Shown: positions 25,218-39,060 of the stretch, piece after piece
Layout of the letters: each line of letters begins with the position of its first letter
How positions within the stretch are numbered: position 1 is the first letter of the stretch
Source of the DNA: Heterodontus francisci
Taxonomy: Eukaryota
Assembly (NCBI RefSeq): GCF_036365525.1
Contig: NC_090395.1
Location: 65,497,326-65,561,325 of the forward strand
DNA: 64,000 bases
Direction of reading: 5' to 3'
Program-made: the position numbers and the translations under genes
Notes under the pieces: model-generated
Databases searched by the model: none
What the model saw: only the letters and a program-made list of their open reading frames with translations
What the model was told of the DNA's origin: nothing

Positions 25218-25627
25218 TTTAAAATTCTTTCATGGGATGTGGGTGTCACTGGCAAGGCTAGCATTTGTTGCCCATTCCTAATTGCCCTGAACAGCTTGCG
25301 AGGTTATTTCAGAGGGCAGTTAAAGAGTCAATCACCTTGCTGTGGTTCTAGAGTCACATGTAGGCCAGACCAGGCAAGAACAGCAAATTTCCGTCCCTAA
25401 AGGACAGTAGTGAACCAGATGGGTTTTTACGACAACGGATGAGAGTTTCATGGCACATTACTGAGGCTTGCTTTCAATTACAGATTTTTATTGATTAATT
25501 GCATTTATTACTTAAATTTAAATTTCAGCAGCTGCTGTGGTGGGATTTGAACCCATGCCCCCAGGATATGAGGCTGAGGTTTCCTGTATTAGTAGTTCAG
25601 TGACATTACCACTATGTCACCATCTCA
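25218..25627 (-). mobile_element. tRNA-derived SINE; related pieces at ~50170-50260 and ~52870-53010
   Basis: B-box-like gggttcaaatcccaccac; sequence recurs in the window. Confidence 0.6.
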
Positions 25628-25752
25628 AGAGCAGATGCATTTTGGTGTGACTGAGCACAGCAAATGCTGAAGATGCTGCTTCTGCTCTGCGGAAAATTAA
25701 CCCACTACATTCAAATAGGCTAAGATCCTCCTAATTCAGAACCAGAATCATT

Positions 25753-26514
25753 GGCCAGAAATTTACCACTCCCCCGCCCCCCCCGCCCCTAAGAACGGGA
25801 AGGTGGCGGGTGGGGGGCGGGGCTGGGGGGGGGGTGGGGGGGCAGTGGTGAGGTGGCGTAAAATGGAGCAGGAGGCTCAGGAGGCCTTCCCAAATCGCTG
25901 ACGCCTCGGCCGCCCATTTACATAGGCTGGCAGCGGCTAAAAACGGCCCAAACACCCAAGGCCAATCAAGGTCCTTACGTGGCCAATTAACGGCCACGTA
26001 AGGACCTACGCCCACCTCCACGGGGATTTTACCCGTGGCTGGTTGGGCGATCAGGCCGGAGAAAAGCCGCCTATTAAAAGCAGGCGGCTCTCTGACGTCC
26101 TGAGGGGGGGCCCTCATGATCGAGCACCCTGTGCCTGACGGAGGGCCGTCTCCATTACCCCAACCTTCTCCAACACCTAACATGCCCCCTGCCCTCCCAA
26201 CCGACCACCCTCACCTCGTCGGGGCCCGACCAATCACCCCCGGCGAGGCAACAAAACCTTACCTACGTTCCAGGGTTTCCCGACATCTTCCTCACGAAGC
26301 TGGGCTGCAGTCCTAGCAGTCACCACTGCTCCAGGTGGCGCTACTGGGACAGTTAGATGCCAGCCTGCTGATTGGCCGGTAGATCTATTAGGTGGGACTT
26401 CCTGCCTCAAGCGGGTGGAAGTCCTGCCTCAGACCAATTAAAGCCCGGGGACCCGCAAAATACAGGTTGGATCCCCAGCCTAGGTTCCTGTCTGCCAAGG
26501 GTAAAATCCTCGCC
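25753..26514. mobile_element. GC-rich MITE, PIF/Harbinger-like
   Basis: TIRs GGCCAGAAATTTACC / GGTAAAATCCTCGCC, TSD ATT. Confidence 0.7.
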
Positions 26515-27324
26515 ATTGTTTTAAGGTGATTGGATAATTCAGTTTTTAGTGCATGGATATCTGATATTTTGACTGGCAAACTGGAACAATAGAATTTTAC
26601 TGCACGGAAAGAGGTAATTCGGTCCATTGCTCTTGTGATGACTCTCTGAAAGAGCTCCCACTTAGTCCAATTGCCTTGTCCTTTCCTCACTCCCTCCTAA
26701 TTTTCCTTCTTTTTGTTTCCCTTTTAAAATCTTTTATTATTTCTGTTTCCGAGACTTATTTTAGTCCTAACAACAATTTGCATCAATAAAATTCTCCTAG
26801 CTTCTCCCTTTGTCTGTTTGGTGATGATTTGAAATTTATGCCCTCTAGATGCTCACTCATTAACTAAGGGGAATAGTTATCGAGTCATAGAGTCAATACA
26901 GCATAGGAGGAAGCCATTTGGCCCATCAATTCCATGCCAGCTATCCAATCTGTCCCAATCCCCTGCTCGATCCCTGTAGAACTGAAAGTTTATTTACTTC
27001 AAGTGCCCATCCAATTTCCTTTTGAAATCATTGATCATCTCAGCTTCCACCTCCCTCATGGGCAGTGAATTCCAGGTCATTACCACTTGCTGCATAAAAA
27101 TGTTCTTCCTCATATTGCCCCTACATCTCTGCTCCAAAACCTTAAATCTATGTGCCCTTGTCTTTGTACCATCAATACATGGGAACAGTTGCTCCTTGTC
27201 TAACTTATCCAAGCCTATCATAATTTTGTACATTTCTATCAAATCTCCCCTCAATTTCCTTTTCTCCAGGGAGAACAACCCCAGCTTTTCCAAACTAACC
27301 TTCTAACTAAAATCTCTCATCCCG

Positions 27325-30300
27325 GAGCAAAGTCCATGGCACCACGGGTGGCTTAGCTGCACAGGAGGGGAGGAAGAAGAGTCGAAGAGCAATGGTGATA
27401 GGGGATTCAATAGTCAGGGGTTTCAGACAAGCGTTTCTGCAGCAGTAAACGTGACTCCAGGATAGTGTGTTGCCCCCCAGGTGCTAGAGTCAAGGATATC
27501 ACAAAATGGCTTTAGGACATCCTTCTGGGGGAGGGTGAACAGCCAAAGGTCGTGGTCCACATTGGTCCCAATGACATAGGTGGGAAGAGGGATGAGGTCC
27601 TGAAAAGCAGAATTTAGGCAGTTAGGAAGGAAATTAAAAAGCAGGTCTTCAAGAGCAGTAATCTCAGGATTACTCCCGGTGCCACATGCTAGTGAGCATT
27701 GGAATAGGAGAATTGATCGATTGAACATGTGACTGGAGAATTGATATAGGAGGGAGGGCATTAGATTTCTGAGGCATTGGGACCGGTTCTGGGGCAGGTG
27801 GGACCTGTACAAGATGGACGGGCTACACCTTGACAGGACCGAAACTAATACCCTCGCAGGGAGATTTGCTGGTGCTGTTGGGGAGGGTTTAAACTAGCTT
27901 GTTAGGGGGATGGGAACCTGAGGGGTAGCTCAAATGCAAAGAAGTAAAGCTAGTACCAGAAAAGTAGCAAGTGACATTAGAAGGCAGGAGAAACAAAGGC
28001 GAGTATCAACTAGGCTTAAAATGCAGAATGTCACAAAGACTAGGTTACGGGCACTGTACCTGAATACACACAGCATTCACAACAAGGTAGATGATTTAAA
28101 GGCCCAAATAGAGGAAAATGGATATGATCTAATTGTCATAACGGAAACATGGCTACAGGGTGACCAAGACTGGGAACTGAATATTCAAGGATATTCGACA
28201 TTTAGGAGGGACAGACTAAAAGGAAAAGGAAGTGGTGTTACACTGATAATACGGGATGGGATCAGTACATTAATAAGGGAGGATCTCAGATTGGAAGAAC
28301 AAAATGTGGAATCTGTTTGGGTGGAGCTAAGAAACAGCAAGGGGCAAAAAATTATTGGTAGTTGTTTATAGCAATGGTAGTGTGGGGCATGGCATTAATC
28401 AGGAGATTAGAGAAGCATGTAATCATGGGTGACTTCAATCTGCATATTGACTGGGTAAACCCAATGAGCACAAATGCTGTAGAGGACGAGTTTCTGCAAT
28501 GTGTTAGGGATAGTTCTCTAGAGCAGTATTTTGAGTAACCGATTAGAGAACAGGCTATTTCAGATCTAGTATTATGTAATGAGAAAGGGCCAATTAGTTA
28601 TCTTGTTGTAAAAGAACATTTAAGGATGAGTGACCATAATATGATAGAATGTTACATTATGTTTGAAAGTGAAGTAGTTCAATCTGAAACCAGGGTGTTA
28701 AATTTGAACAAAGGAAATTATGAAGGCATGAGAGGCAAGTTGGCTGAGATAGACTGGGAAAATATATTAAAAGGTATGACAGTACATAGGCAATGGATAG
28801 TCTTTAAAGAAATATTACATAGTTTACAGCAACTCTACATTCCTTCAAGGCACAAAAACCGCAAAAGTAAAGGCAGTCAACCGTGGATAACAAAGGAAGT
28901 TAAGGATTGTATAAGATTAAAAGAAAAGGCCTATAAAGTTGCCAGAAATAGTAGTAAACCTGAGGATTGGGTGGATTTTAGAATACAGCAAAAGAGGATG
29001 AAGAAACTGATAAAGAAAGGGAGAATAAAATATGAATGTTGGCTAGCAAGAAATATAAAAATGACTGTCAAAGCTTCTGTAGATAGGTAAAAAGGAAACA
29101 TTTGGCTAAGAAAAATAAAAGCAAAATACTGCGGATGCTGGAAATCTGAAATAAAAACAAGAAATGCTGGAATCACTCAGCAGGTCTGGCAGCATCTGTG
29201 GAAAGAGAAGTTAACGTTTCGGGTCAGTGACCCTTCTTCGGAACTGACAAATATTAGAAATGTCACAGATTATAAGCAAGTGAGGTGGGGGTGGGGCAAG
29301 AGATAACAAAGGAGAAGGTGTAGATTGGACCAGGCCACATAGCTGACCAAAAGGTCACGGAGCAAAGGCAAACAATATGTTAATGGTGTGTTGAAAGACA
29401 AAGCATTAGTACAGATTAGGTGTCAATACACTGAATATTGAACAGCAGCAAGTGCAAACCTGAAAAAAACAGTGGGTAAGCAAACTGAACAAGCTAAGAT
29501 GAAATGAAATAAATGCAAAAAAAAGATTGTAAAAAATGTAAAAAAGAATGTAAAAACAAGGAAGAAAAAATAACTAAAAATGAAAGTAAAATTAATCTTA
29601 TACAATCCTTAACTTCCTTTGTTATCCACGGTTGACTGCCTTTACTTTTGCGGTTTTTGTGCCTTGAAGGAATGTAGAGTTGCTGTAAACTATGTAATAT
29701 TTCTTTAAAGACTATCCATTGCCTATGTACTGTCATACCTTTTAATATATTTTCCCAGTCTATCTCAACCAACTTTACCCCCATTTTACTTTCATTTTTA
29801 GTTATTTTTTCTTCCTTGTCCCCTTACCTTAGGAAGGATATTATTGCCATAGAGGGAGTGCAATGAAGATTTACCAGACTTGTTCCCGGGATGGTGGAAC
29901 TGTCCTATGAAGAGAAATTGGGGGAAACTGGCCGTGTATTCTCAAGAGTTTCGAAAATTGAGAAGCGATCTCATTGAAACTTACAAAATATTTAAAGGGA
30001 TAGACAGGGTAGATGCAACGAAGATGTTCCCCCTGATTGGGGAGTCTAGAACCAGGGGACATAATTTCAAAATAAGGGGGAAGCCACTTAGGACAGAGGT
30101 GAGGAGAAATTTCTTTACTCAGAGGGTTGTGAATCGTTGGAATTCTCTACCTGAGAGGGCTGTGGAAGCTCACTCACTGAGTGTGTTTAAAGGAGAGATT
30201 GACAGATTTCTAAATACAAATGACATAAGGGGATGTGAGGATAGTGTGAGAAAAGGCATTGAAGTGGAAGATCAACCATGATCATATTGAATGGTGGGGC

Positions 30301-30352
30301 AAGCTCAATGGGCTGAATGGCCGACTCCTGCTCCTATGTTCCTATGTTCCTA
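27325..30352 (+). mobile_element. Rearranged CR1 (ORF1 end, endonuclease, 3' end; RT core missing)
   Basis: ITETWLQG, SDHNMI, LRSDLIETYKI; (cctatgtt)n tail; interrupted at 29113-29819. Confidence 0.85.
29113..29592 (-). mobile_element. Penelope-like terminal fragment
   Basis: Closely similar to 380-840. Confidence 0.85.
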
Positions 30353-30965
30353 TCCTATATTCCCTGGAACCATTCTGGTAAATCTACACCCTCTCAAGGA
30401 CCCTCACACCCTTCCTAAAGTGTGGTGACCAGAACTGGATGCAATACTCCAGTTGAGGCTTAACCAGAGCTTTATGAAGGTTCAGCATAACTTCTCTGCT
30501 TTTGTACTCAATGTCTTTATTTATGAAGCCCAAGATCCCATATGCTTTGCTAACCACACTCTCAATATGTCCTGCCACCTTCAAAGATCATGCACATGCA
30601 CCCCCAGTTCCCTCTGTTCCCGCACAATCTTTAGAACCGCACCATCATGTTTAAATTGCCTCACCTTCTGCCAAAATGCATCAGCTCACACTTGTCGGAC
30701 TTGTCTGTATTAATTGCCATCTGCCACTTATCTGCCCATTCTGTGAGCCTATCGATGTCCTGCTGCAGGCTGCCCGTATCACCTTCATTGTTTGCTCTTG
30801 CTGGAGTTTGGTCTCATTGACGAATTGTGAAATTCTACTCTGTGTTCCAAGATGCAAGTCATTTACATATATCAAAAAAAGCAGTGTCCTAACTTAACCG
30901 TTGGGGAACACAACTGTCCACCATCTGAAAAGCAACCATTTACCATGACTCCAACACTCATTCCA

Positions 30966-32408
30966 GATGAAGCAGCGATTTACTTGTATTTCTTTCAAAT
31001 TAGTATACTGTATTCGCTGCTTACAATGCGGTCACTTTTACATTGGGGAGACCAAACGCAGATTGGGTGACCACTTTGTGGAACACCTTCGTGCAGTCTT
31101 CAAGCATAACCCCGAGCTTCTGGTCATTTTCCACTTTAATTCATCACCCTGCTCTCATACCCACATTTCTGTCCTTGGCCTGTTGTAGTGTTCCATTGAA
31201 AATCAACATAAGGTAGAGAAACAGCACCTCATCTTTGGGTTAGGCACTCTACAGCCTTCTGGACTTAACATTGAGTTCAAAAATTTCAGAGCATGACTGC
31301 CATTTTCTTTAAATTTTCTTTTTATTTATTTTAATTTTTAACCATGTGCCTGTCTTAAACTTGTTTTCCATGTCTTTGCTTTCAGACAGAGCTGTTCATT
31401 ATTCTGCCATTAACACTCTCTCTGGACTCATGCTTTGTATTTTACTACTATTATTAGCACTCCCTTTGCCTTTTATTCTGTCACATCTCTGTCATTTAAT
31501 CCCTCCTGTCCTCTGCCCTATCACACACCTTCCCTTTTGTTCTCCTCCCCACCACCCCCCCCCCCGCCATTTCACTTGTTCAAAGCCTATTATATTTCTA
31601 ACTTTCGTTGAAATTTCGATGAATAGTCACAGAGCTGAAACATTGGTTGGAATTTTACGCCACTCCAGCGAGCCTGATGATGATGGGAGGGTGGCATAAA
31701 ATTGAGCAGGAGGCTCTGGGAGGCCTTCCTGACCTGTTTCCACCCCCGCCCCACTTTACGTCGGCTGGGGAGGTTGAGAAACAGGCTGACCGCCCCAGGC
31801 CAATCAAGGCCCTAAACGGCCACTTAACAGCCACTAAAGGGCGTTCATTCGCCACCACGGGGATTTTACCCGTGGCAAGTGGGCATCCGGAGACATGAAA
31901 GGCCGCTCAATGAAAGCTGGCGACCTCTCTGCGCCCAGGGGATGAGCCTTGTTAAACGGGCACAGGGTGCCTGATTGAGGGCCGCCTTCGCTTCCCCGAC
32001 AACCCCCAGGTCCTGAGACGCCCCCCCACTTCCCCCCACAGGACCACCCTTACCTCGCTGGGTCACGGCTGATCACCCCGGTGAGGCAACTCTAACCTCC
32101 CTGTCGTCCTGGCTCCCTATCCTCGACTGGACTGCAAACCCAGCAGTGCCCACCGCTCCCTCAAGCGGGTGGAAGTCCTGCCTTGAAACAATGAAATCCC
32201 GGGGACCTATAAAATACGGGACGGATCCCAGGGCTGGGCAGAAGTGGGTTCATCACTGACTTTCATGGCCATCTCCCCTCCACCCAATGTAAATTCCAGC
32301 CCATTAACTCTATTTCTCTCCCCACAAATGCTGCCTGACCTGCTGAGTATTTCCAGCACTTACCGTTTTTATTTCAGATTTCCAACATCTGCAGTATTTT
32401 GCTTTTAA
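30966..32408 (+). mobile_element. Penelope-like 3' fragment (GIY-YIG) interrupted by a MITE
   Basis: VYCIRCLQCGHFYIGETKRRLGDHFVEH; MITE at 31645-32302 with TSD ATT. Confidence 0.8.
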
Positions 32409-33310
32409 TTTACCATGACTCACTGTTTTCTGTTGTTAAGTCAATTATTTTATCCAACTGGACATTGACCCTCCTATTCCATGAGCCTCAATTTTGTTAA
32501 GCAGCCTTTTATGTGGTACTTTATCAAATGCTTTCTTAAAATCCATATAGCCCACATCCATTGCATTCCCTTCATTAACCTTCTCTGTTACTTCCTCAAA
32601 TAAGCATGATCTGGCTTTTACAAATCTGTGCTGACTATCCTTAATTAACTCAAACTTCTCCAAGTGCCTGTTAATTTTTTTTTATTTACTGATTCCAAAC
32701 TCTTATCCACCACTGATGTTGCACTAACTGGCCTACAGTTGCAAGGACTTTCCTCACATCCCTTCTTGAATAAGGGTATCACATTTGCCATTCTCCAATC
32801 CTCTGGCACCTTCCCCATATCTAGGGAAGATTGCAAGATTATGGCAAGCCCTTCCATTATCTCCAACCCCAGTTCCTTCAGCAACCTGAGATACAATCCA
32901 TCTGCACCAGGTCACTTATCTACTCTAAGCATAGTCAACCTTTCCAGTATCTCCTGCCTCTCAATTTTTACCCCATTCATTGCCTCCACTCTCTGCTTCT
33001 ACTGATACTTTGTAAGATTCCTCTTCCTTAGTAAACACTAATACAAAGTACTCATGAAGTATTCTAGCCTTGCCCGATGCCTCTAAACATATATCACCTG
33101 CTTTGTCTCTAATAGGCCCCACTCCACCTCTTACTACCGTTTACTATTTACTTGCCAGTAGACGATTTTTGGGTTTGGTTAGCCCCAACTTAACCTGATC
33201 AAAACCTCCAATAATTTTGAATACCTCAGTTAACCTCTGTTCTGATATTTTTCTTCTCATAACTAAAACCTCACCTCAGGTTTCATTTTAGATCAACTCC
33301 TCCACACCGT

Positions 33311-34173
33311 GGGCTGGGTTTTTAGTGCTCATGACCTGGAGTGACGGTGAGCGAAGACAATGGAGACCCGCGTGTGTGGGTCGTGCGCCGGCATGCCATC
33401 GTGATGTTGTGCGTGGCAGCTCATTTAAATATGCTGGTTGGCCCAAACCCCCCAACCAGATGGAGGGGGTGGGCTCCCTGATACTGCGAATGGAGTCAGC
33501 TGCCTGTGCACAGGCACTGGCACCATTTTTAAAGGGCAGACAGCCCTGCCGGATCATTTACATTTTTAAAGTTAACCCCTCGCCGCTCCCCATTCAGATC
33601 AAAAATCTGTTGCCTCTTTCCCATTCCACAATAACAATAAAATTAAGAATTTGCTCTCTCCGCCCCAAAACATTGATCTTTCAAACATGACCTTCCCCAC
33701 CTCACCCCCCCAAACTGAATAGAGTGCACTGGTCACACCTTCCCACCATCCCCTACACTAATGATGAAAATTTGACCCCAGTTCCCCCCTACCCCCGTAC
33801 CCCCGCACTCAAAATCTTAAGTTCCTCACTTCCCCAACAGTGCTGCCTCTGCTTCCACCAGACAGGAAAGTGAAGGGGTGTGAGTGCCGACCGCCACTCA
33901 GAAGATCGCAGCCTTACCGTAAGATTGCAGGTACATTTATTCCAATGTATTCATTGTGCTACTTTAAATACGCAAAAGGGTCCCCTTGCCCAATGGCGGG
34001 GTGGTCGCTGGAGGGGGTGGGCTCCCTGACACTGCTAATGGTGTCAGCTGCCTGGGCACAGGCACTAGCACCATTTTTAAATAGTGCCTCGCTGATGCCG
34101 CCGGGAAGATTGAGCCCGGCCCCTCCCACCCGCCATGGAGCCCAATGTTGGGAGCTCTGTAAAATCCCAGTCC
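33311..34173. mobile_element. GC-rich MITE specific to gene A
   Basis: TIRs GGGCTGGGTTTT / AAAATCCCAGTCC; empty site in gene B near 58485. Confidence 0.75.
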
Positions 34174-34536
34174 CTATTCCTGACATCCTTTCTGAACAAG
34201 GACTCAACAGTTGGAGATTGCATTTCAAAATTCCATCTGCTAGACACTGGCATATTGCTTGATTAAGACTCTGTCGATCAAATTCCATTTTAATTTCATG
34301 GGATTACTGGAGTTTCTGCAATTTTTAAGCATATTTTGGGGATACTTTAGGATCCTGTGTATTTTCCATGAAAAATACAGAAGTGTCCTTGTCCATAACT
34401 GTTGAGGGACCGAATAGAATGAATTTGACCAGTTGCAGTTTCTCAGAGTGACTAAGGAATTTAACCAGTGACCAGTTTAGACAGACATTCATTAAAACAT
34501 TCATTAACCCTGTTGCTTGTTTACAGGAACACTCAC

Positions 34537-34860
34537 CAATGCTGCCGATTTGTGTCACATAACTGCAGTTCTTCCCCGATGTGTTGATACCAGTCACATT
34601 AACCATTTCACTGGATTTTTTCCCCATATTATTTGAGGCTGTGCAGTAATATTGATGATGTTGCTGTTTGAAGGATTGACAATGTAGATCCAGTTTATTG
34701 GTGTCAGAGATCTTTACATCTTCAGACGGGGTCTTTTCATACCATGTGTACTGAATGGGAAAGGATCCCTGGACAGACTCACAGGAGACGGACACTGAGC
34801 CCCCGGAACATGAGACATTTGGTGATGATAAAAATCTCAGTACAGGAACAGACACGGATT
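34537..34860 (-). CDS. Receptor gene A exon 3: C2-type Ig domain (FcR-like)
   Basis: ESVSVPVL..SVSCESVQGSFPIQYTWY..QYYCTASN; acceptor tttcccgcag, donor G|GTGAGT; 324 nt, phase 1-1. Confidence 0.92.
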
Positions 34861-36699
34861 CTGCGGGAAAGAAACAAACATTCAGATACTGACTGAACAT
34901 CTAAAAATCAAATACTCTCCAATTTGCATCACTTCTGTATCTCAAGCAGGACCTGTCATGTTGGAACCTCACCAACACATCTACCTCTCCATATCTCTCC
35001 ATCCTCCAAGCAGCCTGAACTACCATGTCGACCATTATATCAGAACATTGCAGGGCTGCAGATCAGGACAGCAGCAATGATACTGGGGATGTGTTAACTT
35101 GAAAATCAGAGCGAGCAATGTCTCTCAAAAGCAGGTAGCCAGTTTCCAAATTCTGTTTATTGTTTGTGTCTTGAATGTGAACTAGTTGGAGAGAGGCTTC
35201 GAAAAGCACAGCAAAAAATGAGGGCACAAAATTGGGAGATATCTGTTAACACGCTTTGTGGCTTTAGATAGGGAGTTTAATTGTGATTGATTCCAGTTCT
35301 CTGCAGCTGAAATGGAATGCTTTGGGCCCAATATTTATGGGGAGGGAGTGTGTGTGCTTTTGGGAAACCTGGAAATATCGGGAATGTGAAGGTTATGCCG
35401 AATTTAACGGCAAACTCTCATCAGAATTCTTTTACACCGATTGAAAGGCTGCAGGAAAGCCTGCACTAGATGATTAGGAGTTGGTGATGGTGTCGGCAGT
35501 GAGGACGGAGGGAAAGAGGGAGGCAGGGAGAGTTTGCTGGTTGGGGTGGTGGGAACAATGTTGACTCATTGCGGGAGATTGTGGCAGAACGTTTTATGGG
35601 GGGCTGGGGAAGCACTCCTGCGTTTCCTGCTCACAAACAATGCTGGCAAAATACTTACCTGTTGGATGTGGCAGCTCCTGCCTCCCTTCACCCATTTGAT
35701 AGGCAGGGGAAGAAGAATTAGAATCCCCCCTTTTTAATCTCTGTGCTAAGGGAAGTAGCCAAAGGAGAAAGGTGACCAGATTCACCAACATTTTGAATGA
35801 GAATAGGTGGGCGTTCACTGCTGTTGCTGCCACAAACTGTACTTGGGAAGAGATTAGACCAAAAATCTGTTTGCTAACTGAGAGTGTATTTTATAAATGC
35901 TACAGCTTGTGAGCCTTTCCCTGAGACTTTGCAATTCACATGCCAAGATTCACTGAAAAATTAACAGGTGGTCCCGAACTTGGAAAAGTGACCAGGCCAT
36001 TCTGTCCCTTGAGCCTGTTCCGCCATTTAATTGGAGCCCAACTGACGTGTATCTTCACCTCATTTACCCGTCTTGATTCCGTACCCCAGAATATCATTAC
36101 TTAACAAAAATCTGTCGATCTCAGTTTCAATTTCAATTGACCCCCAATCTCAATAGCTTTTTGGGGAGCGAGTTTCTTCCAGAGTTTCACTACACTTGGT
36201 GTGAAGCCGGGCTTCCAGACATCAACCCTGAACACTCTGGCTCTGAGTTTAAGGTTATGGTCCCTTGTTCTGGACACCCTGACCAGAGGAAATAGTTTCT
36301 CTCCATTTATGCCATCATATCCTTTAATCATCTTAGAAGATCTTGGATGTTGGGAGGAATTTTAACCCAGAGCAATGCGTCCATTCAGATGTGGGTGTGA
36401 GTTGAAATTAAAATGTGCTCACATCCAGAATCTAACTCCAACATCTCAACTTCAGGGTTTAACTATGCTGAGTTTGGTTGTTTGTGCAGAACCCCCTCTG
36501 ACGATGCAGGTTAGCAATTTAAATCTGTTAATTGCTCAATTCTAGTGATATTTCATCGATAGAGCTGGTCACGCTGTCACTGGAATGACCTGTAACATCA
36601 ATCCACTCATGTTTGAGCTGGACTCCTTCATTCTCCTTGCAATCCTGGACAGCGTACGTGGAAGGCCTGTCAGGATGTTCTAGATTTTCTGTTTCCTCT

Positions 36700-37900
36700 C
36701 AATGATTATCCTTTTCGTCAATGGCTGTCAGGGTACAGCTGAGCAGAGTTTGGAGAGGGCTGTATCCTCTGGTGCAGACTCTCCACAACTGCCCCAGCTG
36801 TCACTCTCTGCTTCTGTTCACTTGCGGCGTGAGATTCACCAGGTGAAAACACACCTATTTGTCTAACTGGACCCACTGAAGTGTGAGCACCTGCATTTGG
36901 TGCGTGGTAAGCATGAGTCCTGTGATGGTGGACCCTCAGAGTAATCATGTCCTTTAAAGATTCATCATCCGTGAGGTCAATTCACTGCTGCTGTACATGT
37001 AAAAGCGCTGGTTGAGAGAAAAGATATGAATTCATACTGGCAAGGTAAGAATGTTGCATGTTATCATTATGAAGATGATCATATTTGATTCGCTGCTAAA
37101 ATCTGGTCAACATAACTGAGTGTTGTGTATCATGTGGTCCCATGATATTCAATTCTGTCACCAGCTAGCTGGGTGGCCCCCATCTCCCCATCTCCAATGG
37201 TCAGGGATGTGGAAATGCCACTGATTTCCAGTGCGTCCTCCTCTGTAGTTTTCAGCTATGAGCTCTCTGGAAGACTATCTCCGGTTCTGCCCTATCCCTA
37301 GTGTTCTGCACTCTCTCTGCAATGGGAGAAAGAACAGACCTAGGAGTGGCTGTAATGGCATGTGTTCACCTGATGGATGCAGTGCATTTGTTGAGGGTGA
37401 CTATTAGGGAGAAGCAAGAAATTGCATCAGAATCAGGGTGAGTGGCAGTGGTGGATTTATAGATGGGAATGTGAGAAAGTGCACAGAAAGAGAGGCTGGG
37501 TGTGCGTGCAAGGTAAGTGTCTGTGAGGAGTGATGTGATGGAGTGGGCTTGGTGAGACGGGATTGCGGGGGATGCAGGATGTGTATGATGGGATGGAGGT
37601 GAATGTGCAACTGTGTTCACCTTTCTAAAACATTTCCTGTGCAGAATCCAGGAGCGTGGCACAATTCTCTTGCTGCTGACCTCCTTGGACACATTCCGGC
37701 ATGGCCTCTTTGTGGGTTTCTTCCTCCTGTTGCTGGGGAAGATTATCTCTCTCTGATGACTCACTGCCCCCAGCAGAATATCAAGGAAGGTATTATTAAA
37801 TGGGGCACAGTCTTTGAGAACCCCTGAGTCTATCTTCCACGATTGCTGTCATTTTTCCAAACCTCCCAACTCCTGCACATTCCATCTTTTGATTGGCCCT
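36700..37900 (-). mobile_element. Degraded Harbinger ORF2 (Myb/SANT-like) region
   Basis: 36840-36990 aligns with 61410-61545 of the Harbinger in gene B; family call inferred from that link. Confidence 0.5.
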
Positions 37901-38748
37901 TCAAATACTCGATTTGAGATCGCATCACCTGTCCTGCATCACATTTACTGTTGTGCATTTAACGGCAAAACAAAAGTAAAATTATAATGAACTAGCTGTG
38001 GTAAAATGCCACAGACAGACAGATACACTGAAATGATTTCTGGTTTTCCCGCATGATATTGGACCCCTCCCAAGAACAAGCCTTGAAGTTAATATCCAAG
38101 CCATTGTATCTTTTGTTTGATCCATCAGGAGGTCTGCTTGGAAGGAAGACAATCTCTCAACAAATAATAAAGAGGCTTCTTTTACCATTGAACAGCGACC
38201 TTACTTTTCAATTTTATTTTAGTTCACTTGTAAAGTTGAACTGTGTTCAGCCGACCTTAGTATCTAGTTGAATATGTGAATCACCCGTCATATTAGGATA
38301 ACTCTGGAACCTGTTAAGCTCAGGGAATTAATTATATTTTTATTATTTTCTAAGAATTTATACCTTTAGTAACAACTTGCTGCTCACTGATTTTGTTATT
38401 GTCTTTCAGTTAGTTTGAGTTTGAATACAAACATCTGACATTGTGTTATTTAATACAGTTCAGAGACAGCAAAATATGCTGAGCATCCCACATGATGTCT
38501 GTCACAATACCCTGAAGTTAAAGGAATTGCTAATCCCATAATACTTGAAATTCTTGGTCAGAAAGTTGGACAGGCCACGAATTGGGTGTGTATAACACGG
38601 GTTCTATTTCCCGACCTCTGCCCGCTACCTGACAGACTCTGCACTGCTGCGGAGCCTCGGGATATCAGAGCTGTCATGTTTCTCCCAGATAAACCATTGA
38701 TCAGACATTTCAGTAGAGAGTAATAAAGAAAATCACTGAGAAATGTAC

Positions 38749-39060
38749 CGTAAGATATTTGTATCTCTACAGCAAACATTGGATCGTATCCAGGTTTTGT
38801 AATACCACAGCTGTACCATCCTGCATCTCTTGAGCGAAGATTCTTCATTGTAACAACAAATATTCCTTGTCTCTTGTTATCTGTGATTGACATTCTTTCA
38901 CGTTGCCAATTTGATGATACTAAAATTGAGCACTGGCGAGTCGAGCCATCACACCAATATTTCTCGTATGACTGGTACCATCTGTCATAGTAACAATCTA
39001 TTGTGATTGATCTTCCCACAATTCCTGTTACTTTCTTTTTTGCCCACAATGCACCTGAAA
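38749..39060 (-). CDS. Receptor gene A exon 2: CD300/pIgR-type Ig V domain
   Basis: (L)SGALWAKKKVTGIVGRSITIDCYY..KYWCDGSTRQC..DAGWYSCG..; KYWC plus an extra Cys pair as in CD300/pIgR/TREM; acceptor ctcctcag, donor G|GTACAT; 312 nt, phase 1-1. Confidence 0.92.
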
